Part shown: positions 21,130 through 36,100 of the stretch, piece by piece | Layout of the letters: every line of letters starts with the position of its first letter | Numbering within the stretch: position 1 is the stretch's first letter | Source: Okamejei kenojei | Taxonomy: Eukaryota | Length of the DNA stretch: 64,000 nt | Direction of reading: 5' to 3' | NCBI GenBank assembly: GCA_035221665.1 | Contig: CM069169.1 | Span: forward strand, 10,106,001 to 10,170,000 | The notes under the pieces: generated by a model | The model's database searches: none | What the model saw: the letters and a program-made list of their open reading frames with translations, nothing else | Told to the model about the DNA's origin: nothing | Translations under genes and position numbers: made by a program

Positions 21130-24100
21130 GTATGGGGTGTGAATCCGGCTCCGGTGACTGACCGCTCTCCACTTCCCCCCCCCCCCCCTCCTCCCCCGGG
21201 TCGGCGCCGGCTGTGGCCGCTACAAGCCAGTGGTCAGAGAATGGCCGCAGCGAGAAATGACCCAACCGACCGCTCTCTAGTCACCTCTTATGGTCCAGTG
21301 ACCTGGTATTATTCACAGTTTGTCATTTGGGAGCTTTATGCTATATTTATTTGTTGTGTTAGTATGTTGATGGACTGTATAGTTGCAGCAAGTAATAATT
21401 TCAGGTGGACACAAAAAGCCGGAGTAACTCAGCGGGACAGGCAGCATCTCTGGAGAGAAGGAATGGTTGACGTTTCGGGTCGAGACCCTTAGAAACACAG
21501 AAAATAGGTGCAGGAGTAGGCCATTCGGCCCTTCGAGCCTGCACCGCCATTCAATATGATCATGGCTGATCATCCAACTCAGTATCCTGTACCTGCCTTC
21601 TCTCCATACCCCCTGATCCCTTTAGCCACAAGGGCCACATCTAACTCCCTCTTAAATATAGCCAATGAACTGGCCTCAACTACCTTCTGTGGCAGAGAAT
21701 TCCACAGATTCACCACTCTCTGTGTGAAAGAAAAATGTCTCATCTCGGTCCTAAAAGACTTCCCCCTTATCCTTAAACTATGACCCCTTGTCCTGGACTT
21801 GTCCTGTAAGTTTCTATAAGATCCCCCCTCAATCTTCTAAATTCAGGCGAGTACAAGCCAAGTCTATCCAGTCTTCCTTCATATGAAAGTCCTGCCATCC
21901 CAGTAATTAGTCTGGTGAACCTTCTTTGTACTCCCTCAATGGCAAGAACGTCTTTTCTCGGATTAGGAATCAGATCAGATTCTTTAGCAAGTAATAATTT
22001 CATTGTGTTGAACCTGGGGCAGATGACAGTTAAACCTTCTTGACTCCCCACGGTAAGAAGGATACACGCCTAACAACAAATAATAAACCAGAAGGGTGAC
22101 AGGGGTTATAGGAAGAAGGCAGGAGAATGGAGTTTGGAGGGAATGATAGATCAGCCATGATTGAACGGCGGGGTAGTCTTGATGGGCCAATTCTGCTCCT
22201 CTCACTTATGAAGTCTCCCGCCCCCAAATGTCCACTGTGTAGTAGGATGGAACTGCAGATGCTGGTTTAAACAGAAGATACACATAAAATGCTGGAGTAG
22301 CTCAGCGGGTCGGGCAACATCTCTGGAGAAAAGGAATGGGTGACCTTTGGAGTCGAGGTTCTGAAGAAGGGTCTTGTTGCAAATGTCCGTGTTCCATTTC
22401 TCCCCAGCAGGTTGTTTGTGGCTAAAGAATAAACTGGGGCGTGTTACTCCAGACAGTTACTTGCACTGAGTTTTTAGAATTCCAGAGTAAGGCGTTGACT
22501 CGTTTGAACAGAAGGGCCCAAGGGACTGCAGTTCTTCCAGCAGTTTGATTTGTGTTTCGTTCAAACTATCTTCTGGGTACAGTGTGACATTGTGTTTGAA
22601 ACAACACTGTCATTCATATTTAGCATGTAACGCAGTATAGACGCAAAGGGTGTAGAGTATGAATCAACAATATTTTTTTTTGGCTGAAAGATTTTCCTGG
22701 ATTACTTTTTAAAAGTCTGTTTAAAAGTTAATTATCTAGTATATTAAAGAATAGCTAGAAGTCTTCCTTGGTAGGAGTTGAAGCTATTGGTGGAAAACAA
22801 GCATTTAATATTGGATCGTCGCTATTTAAGAACATCAGAAATAGGAAAGGCAATTCGGGCATCTTAATCTGTTTCACCATTTAACATGATCTGGCCTGCT
22901 TTCCATGGTTTTCCCGCCTGTCCCCATATCCTTTGATTTCGCTAATGTTTAGCAGTAATTATAACATTGTTTTACCCCTCTGTTTAGCGGGTGGTACAAC
23001 ACATATTTTGGTCCGAGAGTTCTGTTAGGATGCTGAAAAGTCTTGATTCTTTCCTTCTTTGACCAGTTCACTCACTATACTTGTTTTAGTGCCAAAGAAA
23101 GTGGACCCAACATTTGTAGTAGAGGTTCCCTTTTTGCCACACCGCATTACCATAAATCTCCCCCAAACCTTTATTCATGTTGCTGCCTCCATCTCGTTTA
23201 TCTACAGCTGTCTTCCAACCAACTGTCTTTGCTCTCCCTGCCCCCATTTTCTCTTCTCTTTTTCTCTCTCCCACCCCACCCCTAAATTTGTGTCAACATC
23301 ACCCCAAGGGCATGAGTTTGGTTTTGTTTCTTGTGGTATCATGGAGTATGTTGGCAATGGCAGCATTTAGTACCCATCCCTATGAGCTGAATTGCTTTTC
23401 CTTTTATTCCCAGTACAAACGCGACATGCTTGCAGTTAATTATTCTCCTACCTGGTCGCTCTCAAATTGAATCAGAGAATTGAGCGTGAACTTTGAGCCC
23501 AAGTTAATCGTAAACTACAGTCTACACAGTATCTTGTTTTTTAGCCTTCACAAAGACTTCATACTACCTCCAAAACTTCATTTCAAGATACTGCTGGAAT
23601 CCTGAGCAAAATACCAAGTGCTGGATGAACTCAGTGGGTCAGGCATCATCTAGGGACAGTTGTCGGGTGATGTTTTAGATCGGGACCCTTCAGACTGACT
23701 GGAGTGGGGGTGCAGGAAGAAAGATGAACAATGCCTGGCAAATGATAGGTGGATGTGGGTTAGATTGCAGATGAGTGGAGTAAGTGACGAAGGCAAAGAG
23801 ACAAAAGAATGTCCGAGAAGGAGATGACAGGATGAGAGAATTGTAAAGGGAGGGGATAAAAGGGAAATGGGCAATTGGGATCAAACCAGTTTGCAACCTC
23901 TTTGTGAACATCTGAAAACTCTTTAGCCTGTATCTTCACATTACTAACTTTCAGTTATGTCTCAGCATTGGGTCCTAGTCCTTCAATGCACCTGGTATGG
24001 AATTCCCAACATCTTCATTTGCTTGTAGGATGATGATGTGGCAAACCCAATGTTTATTACCAATCTTTATTTTCTCTCTGAGCCATTTCAGTGAACTGTT

Positions 24101-27100
24101 AAGGGTAGTGGGTCTGATAAAAATAACACAAAACAAAAAAAAAGGGCACACAGACCAGATCAGGTAGGATTGTATATTTTCCTCCATGATGAACATTACC
24201 ATAGCAGATGTTTTTGTGGCAATCTGATTATTTTATGCCTGCTAACTGCTCCCATGTCATTGTTCTGCTCCATCTCACTTCAGTCTTGTAGAAACACAGA
24301 CTGAACACGAGTGAGATGTCATTGGTCCCATCATGTTTGTACTGACCCCACTATGAAACTTGCCTCCACCACATCTGAAAGCAGTATATTTCATATTCTA
24401 ACTACACTGTCTTCCCATTCCACCAACCTGCTGCCATCGTTATATGGCTGTTTTGTCCTGAGCTTTGAAGCTGCTTTATTGGTGGTGTGCATTGAAATCG
24501 TGGGGATACGGTTGACAAGAGAAAGGTCTTTTTTAACTTTAGTGCTGCAGTAAATAGTACTGAGAAATGTGATGCATTTTGATCTTTTTGTAGGATTTGT
24601 CATCTGATCAGGTCATTGTGAGATTTGAGTTTTCTCGTTTGAAAAGCCATGGCTGAGGCTGAAAGTTTTTTTTTAATATATTGTGCATCTTGTATTCATA
24701 TATGACTCAACACACAACATTTTGTCTTTTTACAGTGATGCACTGGCCACAGAGTCAGTCAACTGCCTCAATGCAGCACTTTCCCATCTTCGAAATATCT
24801 GGGAAGAGATTGGAATTCCAGAAGATCAAAGAATGCAAAGGACAGAAGTTGTTAAAAAGCACATTAAGGCAAGTGGAGTAAAGTATTCTTGGGAATTAAG
24901 AATGCAATTTTTAAAATATAATTGGAGTGTATTCTTATAGAAAAGTTATGCAACAACATGCAGTACCAGGGCAGTCCTGATCTAGACTGCCTGTTATGTC
25001 TTGCATGTTCAAATATGGCACTTTACTGTTTCCACTGGCATATTGAAAGAGTGGAATTGGCCATCGGGATCACATTCTATACGATTTAGTGTTTTATTAA
25101 CAGCAAATGTGCAGAATAACGTTGTGTTTCTTTGATTTTGCAATTGGAATGCATTTACACTATAAATGCAGTAAATCTCACCATCTTTCTTGATCGAGAT
25201 GAATTCAGCCATGAGATGGGCAGGTTACTTCTGTAATCTGGCTTCTGCTGCTGTTTTGTCTTTTTTATCAGTCAGCACGGATTTATTTTTTCTTAAACCC
25301 TTTAGAATGAATTGGCTTCTCATTATTCCTTTTTCAAAAACCGATACGATGGCAATAAAATAGTACTTGTCCCCAATGTTGATGGTTGTGGGACTTTTAG
25401 ACTTTTGGTTGATTTTAAATACGTATCAAAATCCTTTCAAGAAACAGTGTTTGTCCCCTATTTCCATGCAGGGCCTATTGGAAATGATGATTGCAGAGGA
25501 GGAAAATTTAAGACAGCGGCTGAAAAAGAGTATTACAATGTGCCAGAAAGAGCTCCATGCAGTGTGTCAGGACCTCGGGTTGACTGCATGTCTGGTAAGA
25601 GTTAAAACTCACCACCCCTCAGATTTGTTAAGAGTTTGTTGGAGGGAGGAATAAAATAACGTCCGTCCGTGCCCCCCCCCACCTCACCCAAACTATCTAA
25701 TTAATAATTCAAACCTGTATTTGTGACAGCCAGAAGAAAATTGCACAATGTTGCAACTGGAGAAAGATCTGCGGACTCGATTGGAGGTCCTCTTGAAGGA
25801 GAAGAAAGAGAGAATGGCTAAAATGAAATGCCTTAAAGAACAAGATGAAGAACTTTGTGACATTCTCTGTACAACAGGCTACTCCATTGACGTTGATGCT
25901 GTCCCCAGTATTGAACAGCTGGATGCATTCCAAGAGCACATTGCATCACTGAATGAAGAAAAGGTAAAATACAATCTGGGATATTAAAGCAGCAGTTCAC
26001 ACCTGTATTTAATTAATATTTTAACTAATACCAGGGTGTCTTGTGCAAGTGTCCTGTTGACCTGCGTGGTCTGGAGCAACCAAATTGGTTAAATTGTGTA
26101 CAGACATGTACAAATCTGATGCCTAACTCAGCGAGAGGAGGCCTAACTTTCCTGAACATGGAATGGTTTAAACTTTAAGATGATGTTTCTGTGATCTGGA
26201 AACCAGCACTTAACGAGACAACTGTGGAAGTGTAACTAATTGTAGCTTTGAATAATTGTTCACCATCCAAATAAAAATTTAAATGGTATAAATCCGGGTA
26301 AATTAAGCTGAGATTTGGTTGAAAGGTGACTCAAAAGAGGTTTAGTAAAGTTTTTGTAAACTGTGCTACCCTCTGTTTCATTATATAGGAGATATAGAAA
26401 TAAGAAGCATTGCACTGTTTAATTTGTATAAACTGTCATCTTTTTATTGATGTAATGTTTACCTATTGAATTCCCTGGTAGAAATGTTTTATTCTTTAAT
26501 TTTAGGAGCGCAGAAGGGCTGAGTTTGTAGAGACAAAGAAAAAAATCATTTTGTGCATGGATGAACTGGATCAGCTTCCTGACACTAGCTTTGAGAGAGA
26601 TATTGTGTGTGAAGATGAGGATGCATTTTGTTTATCCAATGCGAATATTATAGGCCTAAAAACATTACTTCAACAGGTGGGTACCTAAATGCAAGCAACA
26701 TTTTATCTATATTGCCTCTACCAATATTGGAGCAATCTCAAAATCCTTCACTATACTTTTGCTTTTGACTTGTAATCTTAGGGGGGGGGGAAATGACAGC
26801 TATATTGAAAATAGGGGAATGTATTTATTTATATTTTTGACAGATTAGTATTCATAAGAGACCTAGTATCTCTGAGTCTTGCTGTTGATTGCTTATGACC
26901 AGCTAACCAGGACAATACAATGGATATGCTAAAAATGCTTTTCAATTTCTTGCCCCATTTATGCAAATAATGATAATTTTATCTAAGTCCACTGGTGAAT
27001 AAAATAGCCTTTCTGTTTGGTATCCAGCTTATGTTGGAATGTTTTCTTGGTTTATTTCCGTAGATTTATCACAACCTGTGGATCATCTGCCTGAGCAATG

Positions 27101-30100
27101 TTCCTGGTGTGCTTGCTAATATGTTTTGTCAGTACAGTGAAATAAACTTCTTAAGTGAACAGCCTACTTTTTGTGTGCTTGCCTGGTGGGTATAAAACTG
27201 TCGGCTAATTATGAAACCTTTTTCTCTTCAGCTGGAGGTGAAGAGAGCTCAAAATGAAGCCACATGTTCAGAGCTGAGAAGTCAAATAATTAACCTGTGG
27301 GACTGGTTGAAGATTTCTGATGAAGAACGCAATGTATTTGCTGTGCACATGGTTGGATCCAGGGCAAAAACATTGCAAATGGTAAGTATTTTTGTGTGTA
27401 TATATATTTTTTTCCACTTGCCGCTAAACAAATGATGAAGCTAATGGCACTAGCCATTGTTTATAAATGGTGCATAGTTCCAGGCTGGGACTGGGAGCAG
27501 CTTAACTATTTAACAGTGGTTGCTTTAAATATCCTGAAGCTTCTATGTTTGCTAAATATCACACTGATGTTTAATTAACGTAGAGAAATATTTTCAATCA
27601 AATGCTGTAGCATTAATATCAAATAGTCAATGTGAAGTCTTATTCCTTAAGCTTTGGATTTTTGAACCCAAATCCTTTATTTATTTATTTTTTTTTTAAA
27701 CTTGCATTTAAAAAGTTGTCCCCTACTTCAATCCACACTTTGTAGTGTGTGGAGTCCAGTTGTAATTCTTGGTAAGCTGATGAAAAGTAATGAATGTTGT
27801 GATCCAGTTACAGACAGAATTGCAGCATCTTGAAGTCCTGAAATTACAGAACATGAAAAGTGTGATTGAAGCTGTCCGACAAGAGCTAGCATCATACTGG
27901 GAGAAATGTTTCTTCAGCTCTGAACAGCGCCAAGCATTTGCTCCATATAATGAAGGTTTAACTTTTTTAATATTTTGCTGCTAAAACAATTGTCTAATAT
28001 GCCGTGATGCAAGTCTCTATTGTAGCCTGGATGCTGGTAACGGGAAATACGAATGAAGGTGCCTGAGCCTTTTTGATTCAGGAACTTATTTGCCTGTAAT
28101 GCGGATTCATGCTGCCAAAAGGAAATGTGAAATTTTCTTGCCAACGGCAATTATATTGTGATTCTCTTTGACCAGAGCTCCAACTCAGAAGAGCTACTTC
28201 ATTATCCAATATCTGCACAGGGCGGTTCACTTGCGCTAACCGGGAGGGTTTAAACTAGGGTAACAACTTTCAAAACCAGGTCAGCAAGTGGATAGACCTG
28301 ATGGCAAGGTAAAGGTTATGACTAGTCTGAAAGGAAGTACTGGCAGGTATAGATTAATGAACATGGTGAGATTGATGGGCTGAAGTGTGGTTATTTAAAT
28401 GCAAGGCCGAATAGCTCTGGGGCTCCCGTGAAATTGAGGCTATATGACGAGAGCTCAAAAATAAGAAAGGTACAATTTTCTGATGGGATTATACTATAGG
28501 CCTCCCAATTTCCTGGGAGATAAGGGAGTAGATATTTAGACAGATGCAAAGATGTAAAAGCAACTTGGCCTATACTGTACTGTTCTATTTTGATGAAATG
28601 TTCTTTTGATGAAACTTTGATTGGGGCTGTAATTTGAAGCTGCGTGTTTACGTGCTAAAATGTCTTTTTGCTTTCCCCAAAAGAGGATTATACAGAGGAT
28701 TTATTGCAGCTCCATAACTATGAGCTGAACCGATTAAAGCAGCACTATAAAGCCCACCAGCAGCTATTTGAGGGTGTCTGGAAGTGGGAAGAAAATTGGC
28801 AGCTTTACCTTGGGTTTGAGGTAAGTAACAAATTAATTGTGGTTCATTAGATTGTGCTATTCCGCTATTGTTGGGTTCTTGAGCAGCCCTCTGAAACCTA
28901 CAGGCCCCAGAGGCAGACCCTGGATTATGTAGCGTTTCCAGTCCATGTGTAACTTGGGCACATGCTGTGACTTTATTTCATTGAATAATTGCCCGTAATG
29001 GAACAAATAACTATTTTACTATTATTGCCATTTAGAATTCTTTAAACTTAATGGGACAAGTTGTGTAAAGTCGGATTTCAGTAAATCAGGTCTTCTATAA
29101 CCCCGATCCCCTTTATAGTTAACCAGGTTGAAGGCAATTTAATTGAAACAAACACTAACATTAAAAAAAAATTCTGTTTACAGAAGAAAGCATCTGACCC
29201 AAACCGCTTCGCCAACCGAGGAGGCAACCTTTTAAAGGAGGAGAAGCAGAGAACTAAGCTGTATAAAATGTTGCCCAAAGTATGTAATAATGCACATTTA
29301 CCTTGAACAAATTGCAATCTATGATTTAGTCTGAAATGATCACATCGCACACCTTTACTATTGTTATCGAGAGATTCATCTGTGTACATAAACAAGGAGT
29401 GGCTGAAGTGACATCCAATATTTAGTGTAAAATGGAGATAACTTTGGTCATCATCATAATCATACTTTATTAGCCAAGTATGTTTTGCAACATATGAGGA
29501 ATATGATTTGCCTTAGTCATACTAATAAAAAGCAACAGTACACACAAAATATATTTAAACATAAACATCCACCACTGACTCCTCAACATTCCTCACTGTG
29601 ATGAAAGGCAAAAATACGTTCAATCGCTTCCCTTCTTTGTCCTCCAACAGTCGGGGGCCTCAAACCTTCCGTTGACGGCCGATCTTATTCCCGTAGCTGA
29701 CGGCGAGCCTCCTCGTCGGAACAATCTAGCTCCTGCATCAGGGGGGATGTCAGCTCCCCGCGCGGGCTGATCTGACCCCGGGTCGGGACTTGTCAAATGT
29801 CGTGCGGCTTTTGGAGCTCCGGACTCTGCCTCTCCCGAGACTGAGCTCCTGATGTTAAAGTCCGCAGGACACGATTGAAGCATTGATCCCAGGCAAGGGA
29901 TCGTCTCTGATGGCAAGTCCACGCCCCCAATCAGATCCGAGTAGATCTCCAGCCTATGTTAGGCCGCAGAGTGATCGGAAAACAATTGCATCTATGACAA
30001 CTTAAGAGATTGGGGAAAAAAAGTTTCTCCTGACCCCCCCAACCACCCACATAAAACAAACCAAAGAACATTAACACAAACTTTTAAAACTCAATAAATA

Positions 30101-33100
30101 TAACAAAAAAAAAAGAAGAAAAGGACAGACAAAACTTTGGCGGGGCTGCCTCAAAGGCACCTCCCGGTGGAATCTGCAGAGCTGAAACATTTATAATATG
30201 TTAGCAGATAGTACTCGGTATTTTGACACACAATTTCTTAACAGTTGTCATGTTAAAATGAGTGAACCGGTGAAGCTTACTGAGCACCTCAAGCCTGTTC
30301 TATTATTTAATTAGATAGTAATTGGGTTGTTTCTTATCTGTTTACTTTTGGTTCTATTTATTTTGGATACTGTTAAGATTTTTTTTTTAAACCCTCTGAT
30401 TCTATTAAACCTGCAACCTTTTGGAGGGAGAATAATATATTATATTTATTTATTTTTTTTTAAAAAAGGAAAATGCTTCCTGGTTCCATTTTAATCTGCT
30501 GACTGTCCTCTTGTTCAGAAATTTATACCTGTTCTATTAAAACTTAATTTCGAATGTTTTAATTTGATCGCCCTCAACTTTCTAAACTTCAGGAAGTGCC
30601 TTTCAGATTGGAATGCCACAATCAAATAGCATTCTCCAGATGGAATCGCGGTATTCCAGTTCCCTGTATATGAGCCAACTTTCTGTTTGTGTTTCCATAA
30701 CTGTGCTTGTATCTGATATTTTATAATACCTCGTCACTGATAGAATATTTCTTGAATGGGATTGTTCAAACAGCCAACACTGAATTGAAAGCAGTTGCCT
30801 TTCTCTGGAGCGTCGGCTGCCTCTAATGTTTCACATTTTAAATATTCTTGCAAAAGTACTGATAAACTGCTGTATATTTTAGCTGGAAGAAGAGTTGAAA
30901 ATGCAGATTGATGCCTGGGAACAGGAACAATGTTCACATTTTCTGGTTAATGGACAACATTTTATGGAATATGTATCTGAGCAATGGGAGCTACATAAAT
31001 TGGAGAAAGAGCGTGAGAAACAAGAGCGGGTAAGGCCACAATTTGTCGTTTGTGATTACTTTGCTATCATTTTAACATTGGACTAATGAAGACAGATTTA
31101 TCCATTTTCATGCCTACCTTTGTTGTAGTCGAGTAGAATTTGGGAAAGAAATTGAATCATGAAGATTTCTTTCTCCAGCAAAAAACTTGTGATGACTAAA
31201 GAGCATGTCCCACTTACTTGTTTCTTTTCAGGGTCTTGCTGGCGCCCGTCATAGTCTCAGCAGGTGGGAGAAACTTTTCAACATGTTGAAAATCCAGTGG
31301 CAACTACTCACGACCATGCAGACGTCACCCCGCGACATTTTCTGGTCTCCGCTAGATTGTCAACATGTTGAAAATTTCCGGCCACCTGCTGTGACTATGA
31401 CGGGTGCCAGCAGTCGCCAAAAAAATTGCGTAAGTGGGACAGGCCCTTGAGGTTGCATGTTTGAAATGGTAGTTGCAGCAGGGTGTATTATATGCTAATT
31501 CCCTATTGAATATTGCCTTGTATTAGTTTGATTGTACCTCTCTTAATCCGTGAGTCCCTTAGTTCTGAAAGCAAAAAAAATCTGTGCCCAGTTGGAAGTG
31601 GAGGCTCTCGTGAGTCAAAAGCCAAATATGATTGATGTACGAAAGGTCCAACAAATGTATGATTACATATGAACATTGGACATTGTTTTATTGCAGCAAC
31701 AGAAGAAGAGTAAACTGATTGAAGAGGAAATGCTGTATGGTAGCGCTCCGAAAACGCCAAGCAAGCGAAGGGTTGAACACTCTGCCTACGCCAGGGAAAA
31801 TACGGAAGGTAAATGTTCTGAATATGTATACAAGTAGTAATAAGTGCAGATCATTTTCATTTTTGGGAATTGCCCATTAGTCCACAGTGATTGACCATAT
31901 TTAAGGTCAAGGTCAGTTTATTGTCACATACCAATAACGTACAGTGAAATTCAAATGAACATACAGTCATACTAAAAAAAAGCAACAAGACACACAACTA
32001 CATAAACATTAACATAAACATCCACCACAGTGGATTCCCCACGTTCCTCACTGTGATGAAAGGCATTAAAGTCTTATCTTCTTCCTCTTTATTCTCCCGT
32101 GGTCGGGACAGTTGAACCATCCGCAGTCGGGGAGATCGTAGCTCCCGCGTCGGGGCGATTGAAGTTCCTGTGGCTTGGAGCTCCTGAAGTAGGTCTCTAA
32201 CCAGAGACCGCGCGCGTCACAATGTTAAAGTCCGCAGGCTCCCGCGGTTGGAGCTCCGAAGTCGATACCCGGCAATGTGATCGCGAGCACCACGATGGTA
32301 AATCCCGCATTTGGAGCTCCAGGTCGATCTTCAGTAGAGGCCGACAACTCCTCGAAGTTAGGCCACAGTGCGGACGGAGATACGATATGGAAGTAAATCG
32401 TATCTCCGTCGAGGTGAGAGATGAAGAAAAAAAAAGTTTTTTCCCCCATCCCCCCACCACCCACATAAAACAAGCTAAAGATCACTAAAAACATACATTT
32501 AACACCTATTATCAAACAACAAAGAAGGAAGCGACAGACACTGTTGGCGAGGCAGCCATTGCTGGCACAGTGGAACTGTCATATTAAAGCAGTGACTATT
32601 TTGGGAATCCTACCATATTGATAATTGGAGGGGGGAAATGAGAGTACTCTAACCACTTGACATTACATTTCAATATTTCATATCTACTGTCATTAATCTT
32701 AATTAATACTATGATCTGTATTATATTTATTGAAAGTTACTAATCTTGTTGCAATTTTCCACAGCACAGCTGTGAATGTTGAAAGTGGTTTCTGTTTAAC
32801 TTTGGTTCTGTTATTTAAAAAAAAAATCTAGATGTGCTTTTGACTTCAGTCCTGTGTTAATATTTTCTCTTTCCTACTTTTGTCGCAGCTAAATGGTACA
32901 TCGATTGTTAATGCCACACCCAACAGCACTTTTCGCTGTGCTATTGGAAATAGTGTCTGTTTCTCTCCAATCGCCCGACCTCCTTTGTCAGGACGCAAGG
33001 TCAGTCGCCTGCTTGCAAGCTTTTTATTACCTTGGCAGACATGTTGAGTGTTTAAGTTGTTAGATTTACAAATATAAGAATCAATATCATTTTTAACAAG

Positions 33101-36100
33101 TACCAAGATCTTTTTTAAATGGTGTGCATCAGTTACAAAGGTTCCACAGTTGGATCCCTACCCTGTGTTAAGATGTTTTTGAATTTGCATTTATCTGACC
33201 AAGAAACAAAAATGTTTTTGCATAATGGCAGGGCTGTGTAGGAGAGATTTTTGGAACCTTATTTGAGATCAATAACAGACAAGTTGCTCTTCATTATAAA
33301 GTGCTTCCCTCCCCCCCCCCCCCAAATTCTATTCTTGGCCTTTTTCCAGCAGTTACAATGTGCTAAACGTTTTAGAAATGTAGAAAATAGGTGCAGGTGT
33401 AGGCCATTCGGCCCTTCGAGCCCGCACCGCCATTCAATATGATCATGGCTGATCATCCAACTCAGTATCCTGTACCTGCCTTCTCTCCATACCCCCTGAT
33501 CCCTTTAGCCGCAAGGGCCACATCTAACTCCCTCTTAAATATAGCCAATGAACTGGCCTTAACTACCTTCTGTGGCAGAGAATTCCACAGATTCACCACT
33601 CTCTGTGTGAAAAATGTTTTTCTCATCTCTGTCCTAAAAGACTTCCCCCTTATCCTTAAGGTTTTATACCAGCTCTCTGTATTCTGTGTGATCCTTAAGA
33701 AAAGGTGCTTGCAGCAGGTGCTTCCTTTCATTGCTTCAGCCTGCTATGTCCACTCAATGTTAATTTCCCCCAACGCAGCCAAGGTTTGAAGGGTATTGTG
33801 GGTGTACTGTGATTAGTTTGGTTAAGCACAGCATCAAAATATCAAAATGCTAAAAGTTGTGCTTTTCCAGCAGCATCACCAAGAATGTTGACTGTGCTGG
33901 CAATATTAGTCTAATACGCTTTCCCATTCTTTTCATAGCCAGCACTATCTGTGCGCACTCCAGGACATTCTGCTAAGAAGCTCCCACGCCATGGTGTCAA
34001 TGAAAAAAACAAAGAGAACATTTCTCATCTAAATTCGACAGCAGTGAGTGGTGCGTCCACTGGCATCTCCACTCCGCAGCATAATCTCAGCGTAAATTCA
34101 GTTGCCACCACTTATTCTGAGTTTGCGGTAATTTCAATTTTTGCAGTCATCTACCAATCACTGTGGCAGCACACAGTTGGTGCTGGAGATTGTGGGGGAC
34201 TTGAAGGAAAGTAGAACAAAAGCTGCATGCAAACTTTTAATCAAAACGTTGTCAGGATGTGAGAATGTGAAGTGAATGAGTCAATAAAAATCTTTTCTCA
34301 GTTCAGAGCCTTGCGATAGAATGTGCAAAAATACTGCATTTCACACTGGAAAAAAGCCAGTATTGACCTGTTCAGAGGTGGTATCCAGCCTGCTTCCAAT
34401 ACTACTCTTTCAAATCTTGCTCATCTTTATCTTCTGATCCTCTGATTATTCAGAGGCTTTCATATTTTCATTGAAAACATATCCTTAGAGCACAAAATGA
34501 ACTAGAAGATTGTTTCCTTTTGCAGGCGTTTCAAAGACCATGAGATTAATTTGCAGAAATGTTAATAATTCATAATATCTAAGAGTCGGTGCTGAACTTT
34601 AGGCACCCATTTACACAAATCCTACCCTAATCCCATTTAACTTTAACTCCTCTCAGTTACTATTGCAGACTTACACAGTGTTGTGTACAGTGACCAATTA
34701 ACCTAATGACTTGCACATCTTTGAGATGTGGGAGGAAATGGAAGCAGCAGGAGATCTGCTCATTCCACACAGTGCACGGAGCGTGTTTGAACCCAGGTCA
34801 CAGGTGCTCAACTAGATGTGTCCATTGAGGAGAGATTTATTTCCATTTAGTGTGTTGGAGGTCCTGAACTTGCAATATTTCCAATAAGATTTAATGGTAC
34901 GTAGATTTTTTTCCTTGAAAGACTGGTCTAAGTGCGGGATTTGGCTGAATGGCTCACTTTAGCCGTCATACAGTTGGGCTAAAAAGCCCTGTATTGTACA
35001 ATTTCAGAGTGTGTTTTAGCCACAATACTACAATCGTCCCCTGACCTGTCCATTTAATTTGTTTATTTCAGTGCTGTGCTTATGCTAGGCTTTGCTCTGC
35101 ATTTTGAAACATCAGTATCTCTTCATGTTTACTAATATTTGTTTCCAGTAATTTGCAGATGGTAGCAAATAATTATGTATAATTTTTACTTATTCTGTTT
35201 CTTCGCGTTCCATTTTTGCACTGCCGCTGAAAATGGAAATATTCTCTGCTCTCTCCATATCTCCAGGTGTCCCTGATATCAGTTCTTGTATTTAATTTAG
35301 TTTAGAGATTACTGTTCCGGGTGACTGACTGTCCACCCCAACTATTGAGCACTAGTTTGTGGTTGTAAGATTATTAGACATGGGAGCAGCACAGTGACGC
35401 TGTGGTAGAGTTGCTGCCTTACAGCCCCAGAGAAGCAGGTTTGATCCTGACTACGGATAGTGTCTGTTTGGCCAAAGGGTCTTTTTCTCACTGTATCTCA
35501 AGTCTAAGGAAGCAGAATTAGGCCCACTTGGTCCATCAAATTTGCTTCATCATTCAAACATGGCAGATCTTTTTTCCCCTCTCAGCCTCTTTGATGTGCT
35601 TATCAATCGACACCTTAAAAATATTCAATGGCTTGGCCTCCACAGATTGAATTCCACAAATTAACCAGCCTCTTGCAAAATAAGTTCCACCTCATCTCTG
35701 TTCTAAAGGTACATCCTTTTATTCTGAGTCTGCATTCTCTGGTCCTAGACTCTCCCACCGTTGGAAACATCTTTCCACGTCCACTCTATTTCAGCCATTT
35801 CCACATTCTCATTCACTCCCTACACATTAGGGGAAATTTAGCAATTCTGCCAATTAACCTACAAACCCACACGTCTTTGGACACGCCTTTAACCGACGAA
35901 GAACGTACCAACTTCACATAGACAGCACCCAGGGTCAGGATGGAACCTGGGTCTCTGGCGCTGTGAGGTAGCAGTTGTACTATTCTGCAAACTGGTATAA
36001 TCACCCCCCAGAGAAAGTTTCTGAACCCAATGGCTTTAAAATATATCTTCTTTCCAATATATCTTGTGCATAGTTTACTACCCTATGAACCATATTTATT

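Larger units (their letters stand above)
20190..21270. promoter_or_regulatory. CpG island covering the PRC1 promoter and exon 1
   Basis: Abrupt very GC- and CpG-rich segment in otherwise CpG-poor DNA, containing the PRC1 ATG. Confidence 0.9.

Noticed and set aside
20032-21265. Long ORFs on both strands (245, 303 and 290 aa) over the CpG island
   Set aside because: They are translations of the GC-rich 30-bp minisatellite (repetitive R/G/P/S, stop-poor), with no recognisable domain.
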